64,000 nucleotides of DNA from Lophium mytilinum (taxonomy: Eukaryota): the NCBI GenBank assembly GCA_010093605.1, contig MU004183.1, forward strand, positions 2,232,001 through 2,296,000. The letters are read 5' to 3'. The position numbers were made by a program, and so were the translations under genes. How positions within the stretch are numbered: the first letter of the stretch is position 1; the number at the start of each line of letters is the position of its first letter. Positions 35,891-48,700 of this stretch are shown here, one piece after another. The notes under the pieces were generated by a model that was not told the DNA's origin, did no database searches, and saw only the letters and a list, made by a program, of their open reading frames with translations.

Positions 35891-37422
35891 CTAGCCCCTA
35901 TACCTCCCCGTCGAATGCACCAACCTCCCCCTAACCCAAACCGCAACCGTACTTCTATCATCCCCCCCAAACAACCACTTCGCGACCCGATCCTCCCACG
36001 CCTCCCACCCAAACACATCCACCCCTTCCACAAACCCATCCTCATGCCTCTCCCCGCCCTCGGGCACGCTCTCCAACGCCACCATCTGCGCATCCCACTC
36101 CATCCCCACCTCAAACGCCCCCACCTTCTCCTCCAACCCCACAACCTTCGCCCCGCCCCTAGTCGCCAGATACAGCACCTCCTCCACACTCAACTTCGCA
36201 TGGTCCCCATCATGCATCGCCACATGCCGACTCACCCAAACCGCCTGCCTCGCCATCTCCAGTATACTCGGCGAGAACCCCCCCGACACATCCGTGCCCA
36301 ACCCCACCGTAATCCCGCGATCCAGCAAGTCGCGCACCGGCGCACAGCCCGACGTCAGCGCGGTGTTGCTGGCGGGGCAATGCGAGATCTTCGCCTGCCG
36401 CGCCGCCACCAGCTCCTTCTCCTCCGCCGTCAGGTGCACCGCGTGCGCGAGGATCATCTTCGCGTTCAGCAAGCCCGCCTGGTCGTAGACGTCCGCGTAA
36501 CTTTTGTTCCCTGGGAACAGCTCCTTGACGAGCGCGACCTCGGGCTTATTCTCCGAGATGTGGGTTTGCGCGTACGCACCTGTTTCTTGCTGCAGCTTGC
36601 CGAGGGCGTGCAGGCACTCTTCGGTACACGAGGGTGCAAAGCGGGGGGTGATGATGGGCGTGACCAGCTCGCCTGAGGGGTCGATGCGGCGGCAGTGGGC
36701 GATGCATTCACGGGAGGCGGTGATGGCGTCGAGGACGCTGGCGTCGCGGTAGTAGGGCGGACTTAGGGTGGAGTTCATGCAGACGCGGCCGATCAGGGCG
36801 CGCTGGCCTTTGGCGAGGCAGATGTCGGCCAGCAAGTTGGTAGCCGGGACGTGGACGGTGGCGTAGTAGGCGGCGGTGGTGGTGCCGTGGGAGAGGGTGC
36901 GGGCGACGGCGCGCGTGTAGACGGTGGTGGCGCGGGGCAAGTCGGAGAGGGAGGATTCGAGGGGGAAGGTGTAGGTATTGAGCCAGTCGAGGAGGGTGGA
37001 TTTGCCGAAGATGCCGGCGTTGGGGTATTGAGAGGCGTGGATGTGGGTGTCTGGGTTTGTTAGGGGAATTTAATGATGGCTGAGGGGGTGGGCTTGTGGG
37101 TATCATGTATTTACGAAAGAAAGGGGTAGATGGAAAGGAACGAATAGAGAGAGAACCACGGTCCTGTAATGATAGAGTGTGAAAGTAGATTCGTACCTAT
37201 AAATCCAGGGAAGAAAAACCCGTTATCCGTCACCTCGACCACTTTCGCATTCTCCCAGCCATCCTTCTTGCTCACGCCCTCGACATCGTCCCGCTCGACG
37301 AACGCTATCACGCCCTTTTTGTCCACGCCAATGGCACCCTTAGTGCAGATCTCCAGTTCGGCGAGACTCTTGCTGTGCACAAAAGGGCCAACGTAGATGG
37401 TTTTCTCGACAGACGGAGCCAT
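35891..37422 (-). CDS. GUD1: Guanine deaminase (amidohydrolase superfamily)
   Basis: FFFPGFI-DTHIHASQYPNAG, GTTTAAYYAT, ITPRFAPSCT, QTHISEN, LAHAVHL, SHCPASN, GLGTDVSGG, GDDR. Intron 37196-37051. Confidence 0.96.
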
Positions 37423-38229
37423 GACGGCCAGATAAAACGGTAGAAGAAGACAGACGCAGAGGACAAAAGTTGGGGTATAAGAATAGCGGAGAAATGGAAC
37501 TGGAAATCCAGATATTGATAAGGAATCTGTGTAAGACAATCCGTCCGCTGTCGTCACCTTGTTCCACAACGAGAAGTGAAGAAAAACAGGTCGTATTCGT
37601 ACTGAAAGACGTGTAGCTCTATATTCCCAAGAAATCAGATCGTCGTCAAGGATATGTAGAAAATATGGATGTTAGATTCAGATCAGGGACATGGTGGTTC
37701 TTTATCAAGTGTGGTTGAAGTTGGTAAAAGCAACGCCGCCGCGTGCTCAGCGAATCAGATTCGTGGGCGTTAAGCGCATCGGGCAAGTCGACACGAAACG
37801 AGCTCCGGCAGGCGGCAGGCTCCGAGGTGTTGGGATAGAGATCTAACCATTCTGCGACTGTTACGGCCTTCTAGCGATTCTAGAAGGAGTTATTTTGACT
37901 AATAGGGCGCGTCTCGTAGTTGGGGTTGTTTTGACAAGTATCAAGTTCGCTAGTTGAAGAAGGTGAGTTGAGTCGCCGTGAAGACTCCCGAGCTCGGTCA
38001 CATACAGGGGCATTGGGGTCTTTCACAGGACATATACAAACGGAGGAGCTAGTAATATCATTACATAAGGCCACGGGAGCTGCATTGATACTATTCCTCA
38101 TCAATAGTATCCTCTAAACGAATCCGATAGGTTGACCCACCAATCTTTCGTCCAGACGCCAGCCGGACAGGCTCCAAAAACTCCGACTCAAAAAGTAGCA
38201 GGCTTTTTTCACCCAAGAATTGATCCAGG

Positions 38230-40294
38230 TTATAAGCTATATTCATGGATGCCAGTAGGCCCCTGCTCGTTGTAATCCGGCCTGGTCATATAGCCCTTGC
38301 TTTGCCCCTGATCGACAATGAAGAGCACTTTGGCACCAACCTGTGCGCCCAAGAAAGCTGCTTCATCGTAGCCAAAGTCTTTCCACTCGGGGAAATACTC
38401 TGGCGGTTTCACGGTCCGGATACTGGTTGGTGTCTGGCCATGATTGGAGTGGCTGTTGTGCATTGAAGGCATTGCCAAGCCTGGGTTTAGATGTGGGTTC
38501 TGCGCAGTGGTAGCGGCCAAAAGGAGAGGGTTGACTTGGCTAGAGGATCCGTGAGGGCCAAGTTGGGGCTGAGGAGTATTTGCACCCGTGCCTGCAGGGG
38601 TAGAGATGTTTGACGGTAGCTCGGATGTGAAGATCGTGGCGCTAGAGGGCGAGATGAGATACTTTGTGGACAAGGTAGACATTAGGGCGTCTTTAAAGCC
38701 TGGGGTCGTGAGTATTTGAGTTTGAAAGGACCAGGCGGAACATACCTCTTATCTTTGAACCGTTCCCGCATATGATCAAAGAATCCCAGAGCTCACTCCG
38801 CTTGTTCACCTCTTCGATGGAAGATATCGCTCGATGTACGGCGTCCGCAATCTTCTCAAGAAGACCACCACTTGCTGCCTGGAATCGCTCATTCCCAACT
38901 TCGATTTCTCTTCGGATGGGACCTCTGTTTGAGCTTGTTAACAAGGATCCCGCATCACCATTGAGTTCTATGGCCGATCTTGGCTCTTCCGCCGCTTCAC
39001 CGCCATCTATTTTCTTTGAAGGGCCCTCATCCAACGCAGCTTGCGCATCCGCCATACCTTTCGTGCCCAGATTCATCCCCTTAAGTGTATCCAGCAGGTG
39101 ATGATCCTCGTACATGAAAGTAGCCTTTTCTCGTTTCGAATTTGGCAATCGTGAGGTTTTCGCCTGTGTTTGAGGGGCTTCTGCGCCCTTTTTCTTTGCA
39201 GCAAGTTTGTCTTGCTTTTCCTTCTCCTTTCGCGCCAAGTATTCTTCCATTTTACCCCCTGCGACTATGCTAGCCACATCAAGGACCCCTTCATTGTCAT
39301 CATCCCCGTTCGCCTCGTCGCCCACCTCAGTATCGAGACCAGGACCTCGTGGAGCAGTGCCGATTGCAGCAGCAGGTCCTGGACCTGATCCAGTTGCTCC
39401 TGTAGATGCTGCGGCAGCGGGGTTTGTGACGGTTTCGGACGCGCTCGTCTCAGTAGTCCCAGGTAAGGCAGTACCGACGGGAAGTATCTCGCAGATGGGA
39501 TTTCTCTTAAGCTGCTCGCACATCTCCCGGGTGAAGGCCTTGTCCTTGGACTTGAAGAGGGTCAATAGTCGTTGGGTCATGCCTTCGCCTCCACACTCTG
39601 GAAGTGCTACCACTCTGCCCGTAGTGTGAGGAATAAACTCGCTGACGACAGTGACATCAACCTTGTCCTTCCCCACATCAATAATAGTGGACGTATGCAC
39701 ACCGTATGCCCAGCTCGTTGCGACCGCAGAGTCCATCAGGCCGAATGCCGGAGTCTTGAACTTTTCGAAGAAGAACTGGGTGAGCTTCTCGTGCTCTCGT
39801 GGAGTCCAGGCCGGCTGTGCTATGAGGAGAATAGGCGTGTGGAAAGGCGGGTTGAGCGTGTTGTAGACGTGGGTCATTAGGGCGAAGAAGCACGGCCAAT
39901 TGACGATTTTGCCCTCTAATATTGGCCACACAGCGCCCTCCTCAGATACTGGGTCTTCTTCGTAGAGAACCTCGTCGTCGACAGGCTCTCCTAGCGACTT
40001 CTTCATGTCGTTGATTTCATCCTGCTCTTCCTGTGGTACCGCTGCCTTCTCCACCTTGGTGCCTGCCCGCCTTCGCACCTTGTACGGCTCCCATTCTCCC
40101 TCCTTTTCAGCGGGAAACATGCGCGACCTCACGCGCAGGCGGGGCGGAGTGAAGGATTCGGGGAGGCCCAGCTGCGCGACTGTGGATTCCGAGCCAGGCG
40201 CAATGATCTTGACAGGTCAGCGGAAGGTCATGCGACATGTCAATTGAAGGACGGCGTGGCTTACAATGATCTGGTCATCCTTGAAGGCAGGCAT
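38230..40294 (-). CDS. ARP9: Actin-related protein Arp9 (SWI/SNF and RSC subunit)
   Basis: MPAFKDDQII-IIAPGSESTVAQLGLPESFTP, GAVWPILEGKIVNW, QFFFEKFKTPAF, IDVGKDKVDVT, KRSELWDSLIICGNGSKIRGF, PEYFPEWK, FLGAQVGAK. Introns 40264-40208 and about 38745-38700. Confidence 0.92.
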
Positions 40295-40762
40295 GGCGGG
40301 CAACGGGTGTGGGGATTCCTCCGCTGCGAATGCGACGCGTGAAAGTGAAGAGTGCTGCGAGGCGCGAGGAAGTGGGACCCTTGGACCTTGACTTGTGAAG
40401 ACTGCTTGGCGTGCACAAGTCCAGCCACAGCTTTGCGGAGGAGTAGCAGGGTAGGGATTCGTTCAAAGCTCTATCTACAGGGCCAGTCTAATCTACTTTA
40501 CAACACTGTATTTGCCAGCACTGCAAGCGTCGTCAATTTGGCACCTGCACTCTCGCGACGAAGCTCGAAGCTGTTCACGCACGGGCCGTCTCCCAAATCG
40601 TCGACCTTCAGTGGGCTGCTTGCGCTCCTCCAAGTCGTCGATGCAGCCAGCCATGCGCCTGGTTCGACTCGATACTCCGCAGGAACCTGCACATCCCCAG
40701 GGACACCAGCCGCCTTGATTCCCACGTGTTCAAAAAGCCCACGGGGCCTGCAAACTTACACA

Positions 40763-43700
40763 ATGGCGACTTCGGAGGCACTGGCCGACATAGTGTCCTC
40801 TATACCGAGCTTCTCCGCCGCCACTATTTCTTCGACTTCGCTCCCGGTAGTCTTCAAAACCACTGAAGTAGCTCCTTCCTCCAATATGGGCCTCCTGGGG
40901 CGCGTGATCCTCTCAATCCTGAGGGTCATTCCTAGCATTCTCTACTGGCTCATAACCTTCACCACTATCACTCTGCCAACATGGCTATTCACGCTCTTCT
41001 CAATGAGCTTAACCTTGACTCTGAACTTTACCACACTGTATGGCTCTCTGCAATAAGCTTTGCAGCATTGGCTAACAACTATAGAATGCTCATCATTATA
41101 TTACTCGTATCGACTATCAGCTACTTTGTGAGATACCGGTTCTTGACCATGTATGCTCGACTGCCTGCCGAACCTCAACGCGAAGAACCACAGGTCGAGG
41201 TTTTCCCCGATACTCAGGAAGGTGACTCGAAGCGGGGTCTCTCAAACTACCTAGACGAGTTCCTGAGCGCCATCAAGGTGTTTGGATACTTAGAACGGCC
41301 AGTTTTCCATGAGTTAACGAGGACAATGCAAACGAGGAAACTGATAGCTGGGGAAACTCTGTTGTTGGAAGAAGAGAAAGGATTTTGCTTGGTTGTCGAT
41401 GGCATGGTGCAAATCTTTGTCAAATCGAACCGCGAAGGACCCGGGTCGGAGTATAATGGAACACCAGAAAGCTCGGAAGATGAGGATGCACAGCCAAACC
41501 AAAGTCAGGGCTATCAGTTGCTTACAGAAGTTAAGAATGGAGCCCCCATGTCTTCATTGTTCTCTATTCTATCTTTATTTACCGAGGACGTGAAACTCCG
41601 ACATGACGACGAGGAAGATACTGGCATACAGTCAAATGGGCCTACGGCTAGATTCGGCCATGAAAGGTCCTCTAGACCTGATGCTTCTAGAAATGCTAGC
41701 TTCGAATCCGATCCAGCCAGTCCCCTTGGAACCCCTCGGACACCCCCGCAGACTGGATTGAGAGACCGCCGCGCGGATGGGCTTGCGAGTCCTACTGCTG
41801 GAGGTCGTCTTCCTACCGTGCCACCTCTGTCTTTAGATTTGAATGGGGACCAAACAAGTTCGCCCCGGAAGCCACCACCTCAGCTCAGCCGGTCTCGGTC
41901 TAAGAAACCCAAGTCTGCGCATCCTGATATTGTGGCACGAGCTACTGTAGACACCACGATTGCTATTATCCCCGCGACTGCTTTTCGACGTCTTACTCGA
42001 GTATACCCGAAAGCAACGGCTCATATTGTACAAGTTATATTAACTCGACTCCAACGAGTCACACTGCAAACTGGTCACTCCTACCTCGGCCTTACCAGTG
42101 AGGTACTGGGAACTGAAAGGTTGATGAATAAATACACAACGTATGACTTGCCCGGCTTCCTCCGCGATTCTGCCTTGGAGAGACTGAAGAAGAAATTCGC
42201 GAAAGAAAGAGAACGAATCGGTCCTGAAGAAGGGATGAAGGGAATAGCGCTCCACAACCCTGGAGCTGGTCGGCGGCGTAGGTCCAGCAGTGGCCTGAGA
42301 AAGGGGGCAGCCCTACAGGCCAGACTAGCAGCAGCACGATCCGGGTCGGATTTGGATGGTAGCTCGGAGGTTCCCACCAAGTTGACTCCAATAGGCTCCT
42401 CAGACCGCGACGAGAGAGCGGGAGTCAGCGCAGGCGATCTCTTGACGAACTCACACCTACCTAGAGTTGGTGGTAGACATTCGAGGCTAAGTTTTTCACA
42501 ACCTTATCAAGCCACTGACCGTGGCATCCGGGATGGGAAAACGCCTCTGGATTCAGGCACATTTAACCCCTTCAATTCGACCCTACGCGGCCCATCCCAG
42601 CTCCGGCGAGACGATTCCGTGGATGAAGACAGCATTTTCCGCGAGGCAGTCCTCGATTGCATGTTCAAGGCTATTGGGTTAACAAACTTGGAAAGTCCGG
42701 TAAAGTCCGGCTCCGTTGAGGCCTCTCCTCGGATGGTTTCGTTCGATGCGAAGCGCCAGAAGGCCGTTTTTTCTAATGCGTTCCCCTTCATTGATCAGTA
42801 CGAGGGTTCACAGGCCGATTCAGAATCCGTCGCTTCGACATCTTTCTCCGCGCTGAGCGTTGCTGGAAACCACAACATCCTCGAAGAAATTGTTAACGAT
42901 GTTGAGATTGTCTTCTTCCCTAAGGGCGCTGTTCTAGTGGAGCAAGGGGAGAGAAATCCTGGTCTGTATTATGTGATCGACGGGTTTCTCGATGTTAGTA
43001 TTCCTGCTGAGGATGACCATTCTGAAAACAACATCTTGGGTACCTTGCCAGCAACACCGGGTATGGCCGAGTCCGATCTTTTCGCAGGGCCCTACGCCAA
43101 TAGACGACCAACTGCCTCTAGAGCAGCCACTAGCGATCACTTGAAGTTCAAGAAGAGAAAGAGCCTTTTCCTGACGAAGCCCGGAGGACTTGCCGGATAT
43201 CTTGGAACTATTTCCTCGTACAGATCTTTTATCGATGTCACGGCGAAGACCGATGTGTATGTTGGATTCTTACCCAGAGCATCCATCGAGAGGATCGTCG
43301 ACCGATATCCAGTCGTTCTTCTTACAATGGCTAAGCGTTTGACGACGCTTCTACCTCGATTGATATTACACATCGACTTCGCTTTGGAATGGGTACAAGT
43401 CAATGCTGGTCAGGTTATCTACAACCAAGGAGACGAGAGTGACGCCATCTACATCGTTCTCAATGGTCGACTCCGCGCAATTAGAGAGGGAGAGAATGAT
43501 GAAATGCAAGTAATAGGAGAGTATGGACAGGGAGACAGTGTTGGAGAGCTCGAGGTCTTGACTGAATCGGCTAGACCTGGCTCGTTACATGCGATCCGAG
43601 ACGCTGAATTGGCGAAATTCCCAAAGACTCTATTCAACAGCCTCGCACTTGAGCACCCTGGTATCACAATCAAGATATCAAAAATCATTGCTTCAAGGAT

Positions 43701-45434
43701 GCGTGCGCTTATCAACGATCCTCTGCACGAGCAAGGCAAAGAGCGAAGCACGAAAGCAACGAGGAGTAAGGTCTCTTCGACTGTCAATTTACGCACTGTT
43801 GCCATTCTTCCAGTCACCGCAGGCGTTCCTGTTGTAGAGTTCAGTGGTAGGCTGATGAATGCTCTCGTTCAAATTGGGACGCCTAACGGTGTTGTGTCTC
43901 TTAATCAAGCTGCTATACTCAACCACCTCGGAAGACACGCTTTCAATCGGATGGGAAAGCTGAAGCTGTCACAATACCTGGCAGATCTGGAGGAGAAATA
44001 TGGACTTGTTCTCTACGTTGCTGATACTAACGTCAAGTCACCATGGACCCAGACCTGTATCAACCAAGCTGACTGCATACTGTTGGTAGGCGTCGCAGAT
44101 CACCAACCAAACATTGGCGAGTACGAACGGTTCCTTCTCACAACAAAGACGACGGCGCGGAAAGAGCTTGTATTATTACATTCTGAACGGTACTGTCCTC
44201 CCGGTACAACTCGTCGCTGGCTTCGAAATCGTCCTTGGGTTAATGGAAGCCATCACCATATACAAATGTCATTCCGTACAACGCCTGAGCCAGTACATCC
44301 CGCAGGCCGTCGTTTCGGCAATGCATTGAAACAGCGTGTGCAAGTTCTGCAAGCCGAGATCCAGAAATACACGTCGAGAAAGGTTCGCCAAACTCCTCTA
44401 TATTCAGCAGAAACACCCTTCAAGGGCGACTTTCATCGAATAGCTCGCAGGCTATGCGGAAAATCGGTCGGTCTGGTGCTCGGTGGTGGTGGTGCCCGAG
44501 GAATCGCTGCCATAGGTATCATCCGAGCCTTAGAAGAGGCAGGCATCCCCATCGACATTATCGGCGGGACATCAATCGGTGCCTTCATCGGCGCTCTCTA
44601 CGCCTGGGATGCTGACGTTGTACCAATGTATGGGCGAGCGAAGAAGTTCGCAGGTCGCATGGGTAGCATGTGGAGGTTCGCCCTCGACCTCACCTATCCC
44701 TCGTAAGCCCTCCCTCCCCCCTTCCCATCCAACCACTAACCGCGCCCAGCGCCTCCTACACCACCGGTCACGAATTCAACCGCGGCATCTTCAAAACCTT
44801 CGGCAACGCCCAAATCGAAGACTTCTGGCTCGAATTCTACTGCAACACAACCAACATCTCCAAATCGCGCTCGCAGATCCACACCTCGGGGTACGTGTGG
44901 CGCTACGTGCGCGCCTCGATGAGTCTCGCGGGCCTCCTCCCACCACTCTGCGACAACGGCTCGCTGCTCCTCGACGGCGGCTACATCGACAACCTCACCG
45001 TCGCGCACATGAAGTCGCTCGGCGCCGACGTCATCTTCGCTGTCGACGTCGGCTCCCTCGACGACACGACCCCGCAGAGCTTCGGCGACTCCCTCTCGGG
45101 CTTCTGGGCTCTGCTCAATCGCTGGAACCCCTTCAGCGCGTATCCAAACCCCCCCACGCTGTCCGAGATCCAGTCCCGCCTCGCATATGTGAGTAGCATC
45201 GATGCGCTGGAGCGCGCCAAGACGACGCCGGGGTGCAGGTATATGCGCCCGCCGATTGATCCGTACGGGACGCTGGATTTCGCGAAGTTTGACGAGATTT
45301 ACAACGTAGGGTACCAGTATGGGAAGGAGTTTTTGGGGCAGTTGAGGGAGCAGGGGATCTTGCCGGTTATGGAGGAGACGGAGAAGGAGAGGGAGTTGAG
45401 GCGGACGATGGCGCCAAGGCGGGCGAGTATTTGA
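40763..45434 (+). CDS. NTE1: Lysophospholipase NTE1 (cNMP-binding domains plus patatin domain)
   Basis: N-terminal transmembrane segments, cNMP-like domains, patatin motifs [17 protein letters not shown] and LLDGGY. Introns about 41038-41085 and 44703-44749. Confidence 0.97.
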
Positions 45435-45717
45435 GGAAGTGGGCGAGGTTGGTTGGCATGGGTTGGTGTTGGGGTTAGGTTTTGGTTTTGAACTTCTTCG
45501 GGCGTGGGATGGGCTTGGGGTGAGGAATATACATAGATCGAGGGAAACAGGCGTTAAGCTGTGCCAATAAAGAACTCCTCTTAGCAAAGAATACGACGCA
45601 GCTGGTCTGGTATTGAGCGTAACGGTCACGGCCGCATCAGCATGTCCTAAATCAAAGCAATGAACCAGAGCGAGACCTGAAGGATAGCATTAAAAGTATA
45701 TCCGCAACACACGCTGC

Positions 45718-48700
45718 TCAGAAGAAAGCACACCACCCGATATACATAGCAGCCAGGTTCCTCGGATCCATAGCCATCGCAATCAGCGCCTCCACATACC
45801 CTTCCACACTCAACGGCACGCTCTCGCCCCTCATCAGCCCCCCCACCTTCGCTCTCACAGCCTCAAGCACCTCTTTCGGCGAGTCCGGCACGCCCTCGAT
45901 CCGCTTCTTGCGCTTTCCGCCAAGGAAGTCCGCCGTGGGGTCATGCACGAAGGTTTCGAGGATAGTGATGAGCGTGTCCTCGTGCTGGCGCAGCTGCTGG
46001 TACGTCAGCTCGGCGGCGGTGCGGAACGGGCCCTCGATGGACGACGGGCCCATGGCGTCGACCATGTTGTGGGTGAGACGGAACGGGACGAGCTCGGGTT
46101 TCTCGAACGTGAGGCCTTTGTCGAAGAGGCAGTTGAAGTCGACGTGGAAGACGCCGCCGTTGCCTTCTTCCAGGAGGACGTTTTCGCCGTGGCGGTCGCC
46201 GAGACTGTGAGTATGGGGTTAGAGTCTTTGCGAAACGAGTGGCTGCGGTGAGGGAGGTTGTTACGAACCCTAGAATATGGCCGATTATGGACATGACGGC
46301 ACAGGAGCGTGTATAGCGGAGTCGGGCTGCGAGCCAGGCTTCGGGCTCGGGGAATGTCTCGATGAACCACTCGTACAGCACTGGGGGGAATCTACGGACT
46401 CGTTAGTTACTGTATATTGATATAGACATTCGCGATCGTCCTTACTTTTTAAGGATACGCTCGGTAAAGATGTTGGTCTTGCTAGGATCCGAGCACGCCT
46501 CTGCAAGCAACGATTTTAACTCTCCATACTGAATTTCGGAAACGTTAGCACTGGGGTGGCGAATGCCATAGAGAGGGCGAGGCTTACGTCGATAGGTACG
46601 TTCTTCTGGCGATAGAGTCTGATGATGATATCTCGCATAGGTTTCAAGCCTTCGACCCACTCGATCGTGCCGCATTCCTCGTTCAGGGGTGTCACTCCAT
46701 AGGTTTTTATATCTAACGCTTCGGTTAGCTTTCGGTCCGAGTACGGCACACAAATTGTCAGGAAAGTACTCACAAAGGCGTCGCTTGCTGGATTCAATAT
46801 CTCTCTTCAAGGCTCGGTTTATCATCGCATTGAACTCCATCAGACGTTGGTCTTTCCGTAAATCGTCCTTTGGCTTGCATAGCAGCCCATACTGGCGTCC
46901 ATCAGATCCTCTTACCGTGAGTTTTCTTGGCCGCTGTAAAGAGCTGAGGACTAGAACATCGTCATGGAAAGCTGAACATCGTTAGCTGGAGTGAACATAG
47001 CCGCGCTATGAAAACTTACAAGCTATCGTAATAGCATCGTGCGGGAAGGGATTGTGAGCCCGAATAGCTTTCGTCCCGTCTGCGGCCGGCAAAGCAGCGA
47101 TCATTGTTGCCTCAATCGGCACAACCAGCAAGCATGGGGCAAGCTTGGGATTGAAGCGGAGGTCCTGTGTGAGACTGACATGGGTTGTCCTAGTTTCAAC
47201 GGGGACTTCACAAGCAGCAAGAAGAGCTTCTGACAATCGCTGTCCATTCAGGATGAGAGCTTTGAGGTCTTGGAATGGCGACTCTGATTTGGTGCGTTTG
47301 AAGTCCTACGAGGTGTTAGTAAACGACTTCAATGTACAGCGTATCGACTTACCTTCAACTTCTGCAACACCTGCACTCCTCGAGCTGCCCTATCTTGAGC
47401 GGTTGCTTTCGGAACAGCCAATAAGCTCCATAATGCTTGCTGGGGGTACTTTGCGGCCACTTTGATGATTATGGCGGACAAGACGTCGTAAACATTCTTG
47501 TTGGGATGACTGATGCGGGTGATTATTTGTGGAAATGCTGTGTACCATGCATAGGCCGGGACACGATCTGCCATATACTTCCGCAGATGCTTGTGGATAT
47601 TATCCAGGGATCTCACTCGTTGGGCCGCAATCTCCGGCTCAACACTAGCTCGTTGTGCAGCCGCTTGTACATCCATTCCGAGATCTAACCATAGAGTAAG
47701 TACTTTCGGGACCATCTGATAGTAATACTTCGTCCCGTAGACCATGGCTCGAATGTAGTTGTCAATCACAAGCTTGTTCATTTCCCCGGCGAGGAATGTA
47801 ACACTTTGCTTGTTTCGCGGTAGTAGTTTTTCTGATTCCAGAATCTTGTTGTAGTGACGTCCGAGATAGTAGTGGCCCTTGTCCCATCGAGGGAATGCGC
47901 GAACTCCCGTCTGGTATTTTTCCCTCAGATGATACGACTTGGTCTGGCCAGCTCTATCTAGCCATTTCGCAAGCAGAAGATGGGCTCTTGCGGTAAGCTT
48001 GTTCTCGCTTTGTAACTGGTCTGCTGAGATATTCACAGAGTTGTCAATTGGCCCAGAATTCTGGGATTCGAAAGCTTTGCTCGCAATCGCGCCTTCGAGA
48101 TTCTGAATCGCTTTCCTGTGATGACCATCTTTCCACAGTAGTCGAGAATGCTCGATCTTTGCTGCATCATCTCCGAGTTGAGCAGCATGAAGAACGGAGT
48201 TATATGCTGTTGTAGTGAAGTTGGCTTTGCGGGCGAGTCTTGCACTAGTAAGCCACGCCGAGGCGACGTCAAGTTTCGTGAACGACAGGCTAGTCTTGTT
48301 AGTCTAAATGCGGAAAGGAAATAGCCAATTCAACTTACTGGGAAAGCTGCATTGCGGCACGCCTTATACCTAACAGATACTGCTTTTCAGAGGTGTATGA
48401 GCCCAGAATATCCAGCCTACGGTCCATTTTCGCAAGAATGATGTCTTGGTTGCCGGGGGCGCTAATTGACGTCCCGCCAATCGTTTCAATCTCATAGAGT
48501 ACGTGCAGCCGGAGGAGATTATCGTGGCAGGCTTGAATCGAGGCAGTCGAGGTAGGCGAAAACCCACGAGCAACATTTTCGCGAACAGCATCGATTGTCT
48601 TCATGAAATCTCCTTGATCTTTTCGTCGCAGGGCAAGTAATGCTCTCCCAATGCCGACATCGAATTCTTGTGAAACTTGAGAAAGCTCTTCTGACGGCGA

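Noticed and set aside
44736..45629. Long antisense ORFs over GC-rich genes (also 7486-8379, 35915-36676 in a shadow frame, 60424-61266)
   Set aside because: Expected shadows of GC3-biased coding sequence on the opposite strand.
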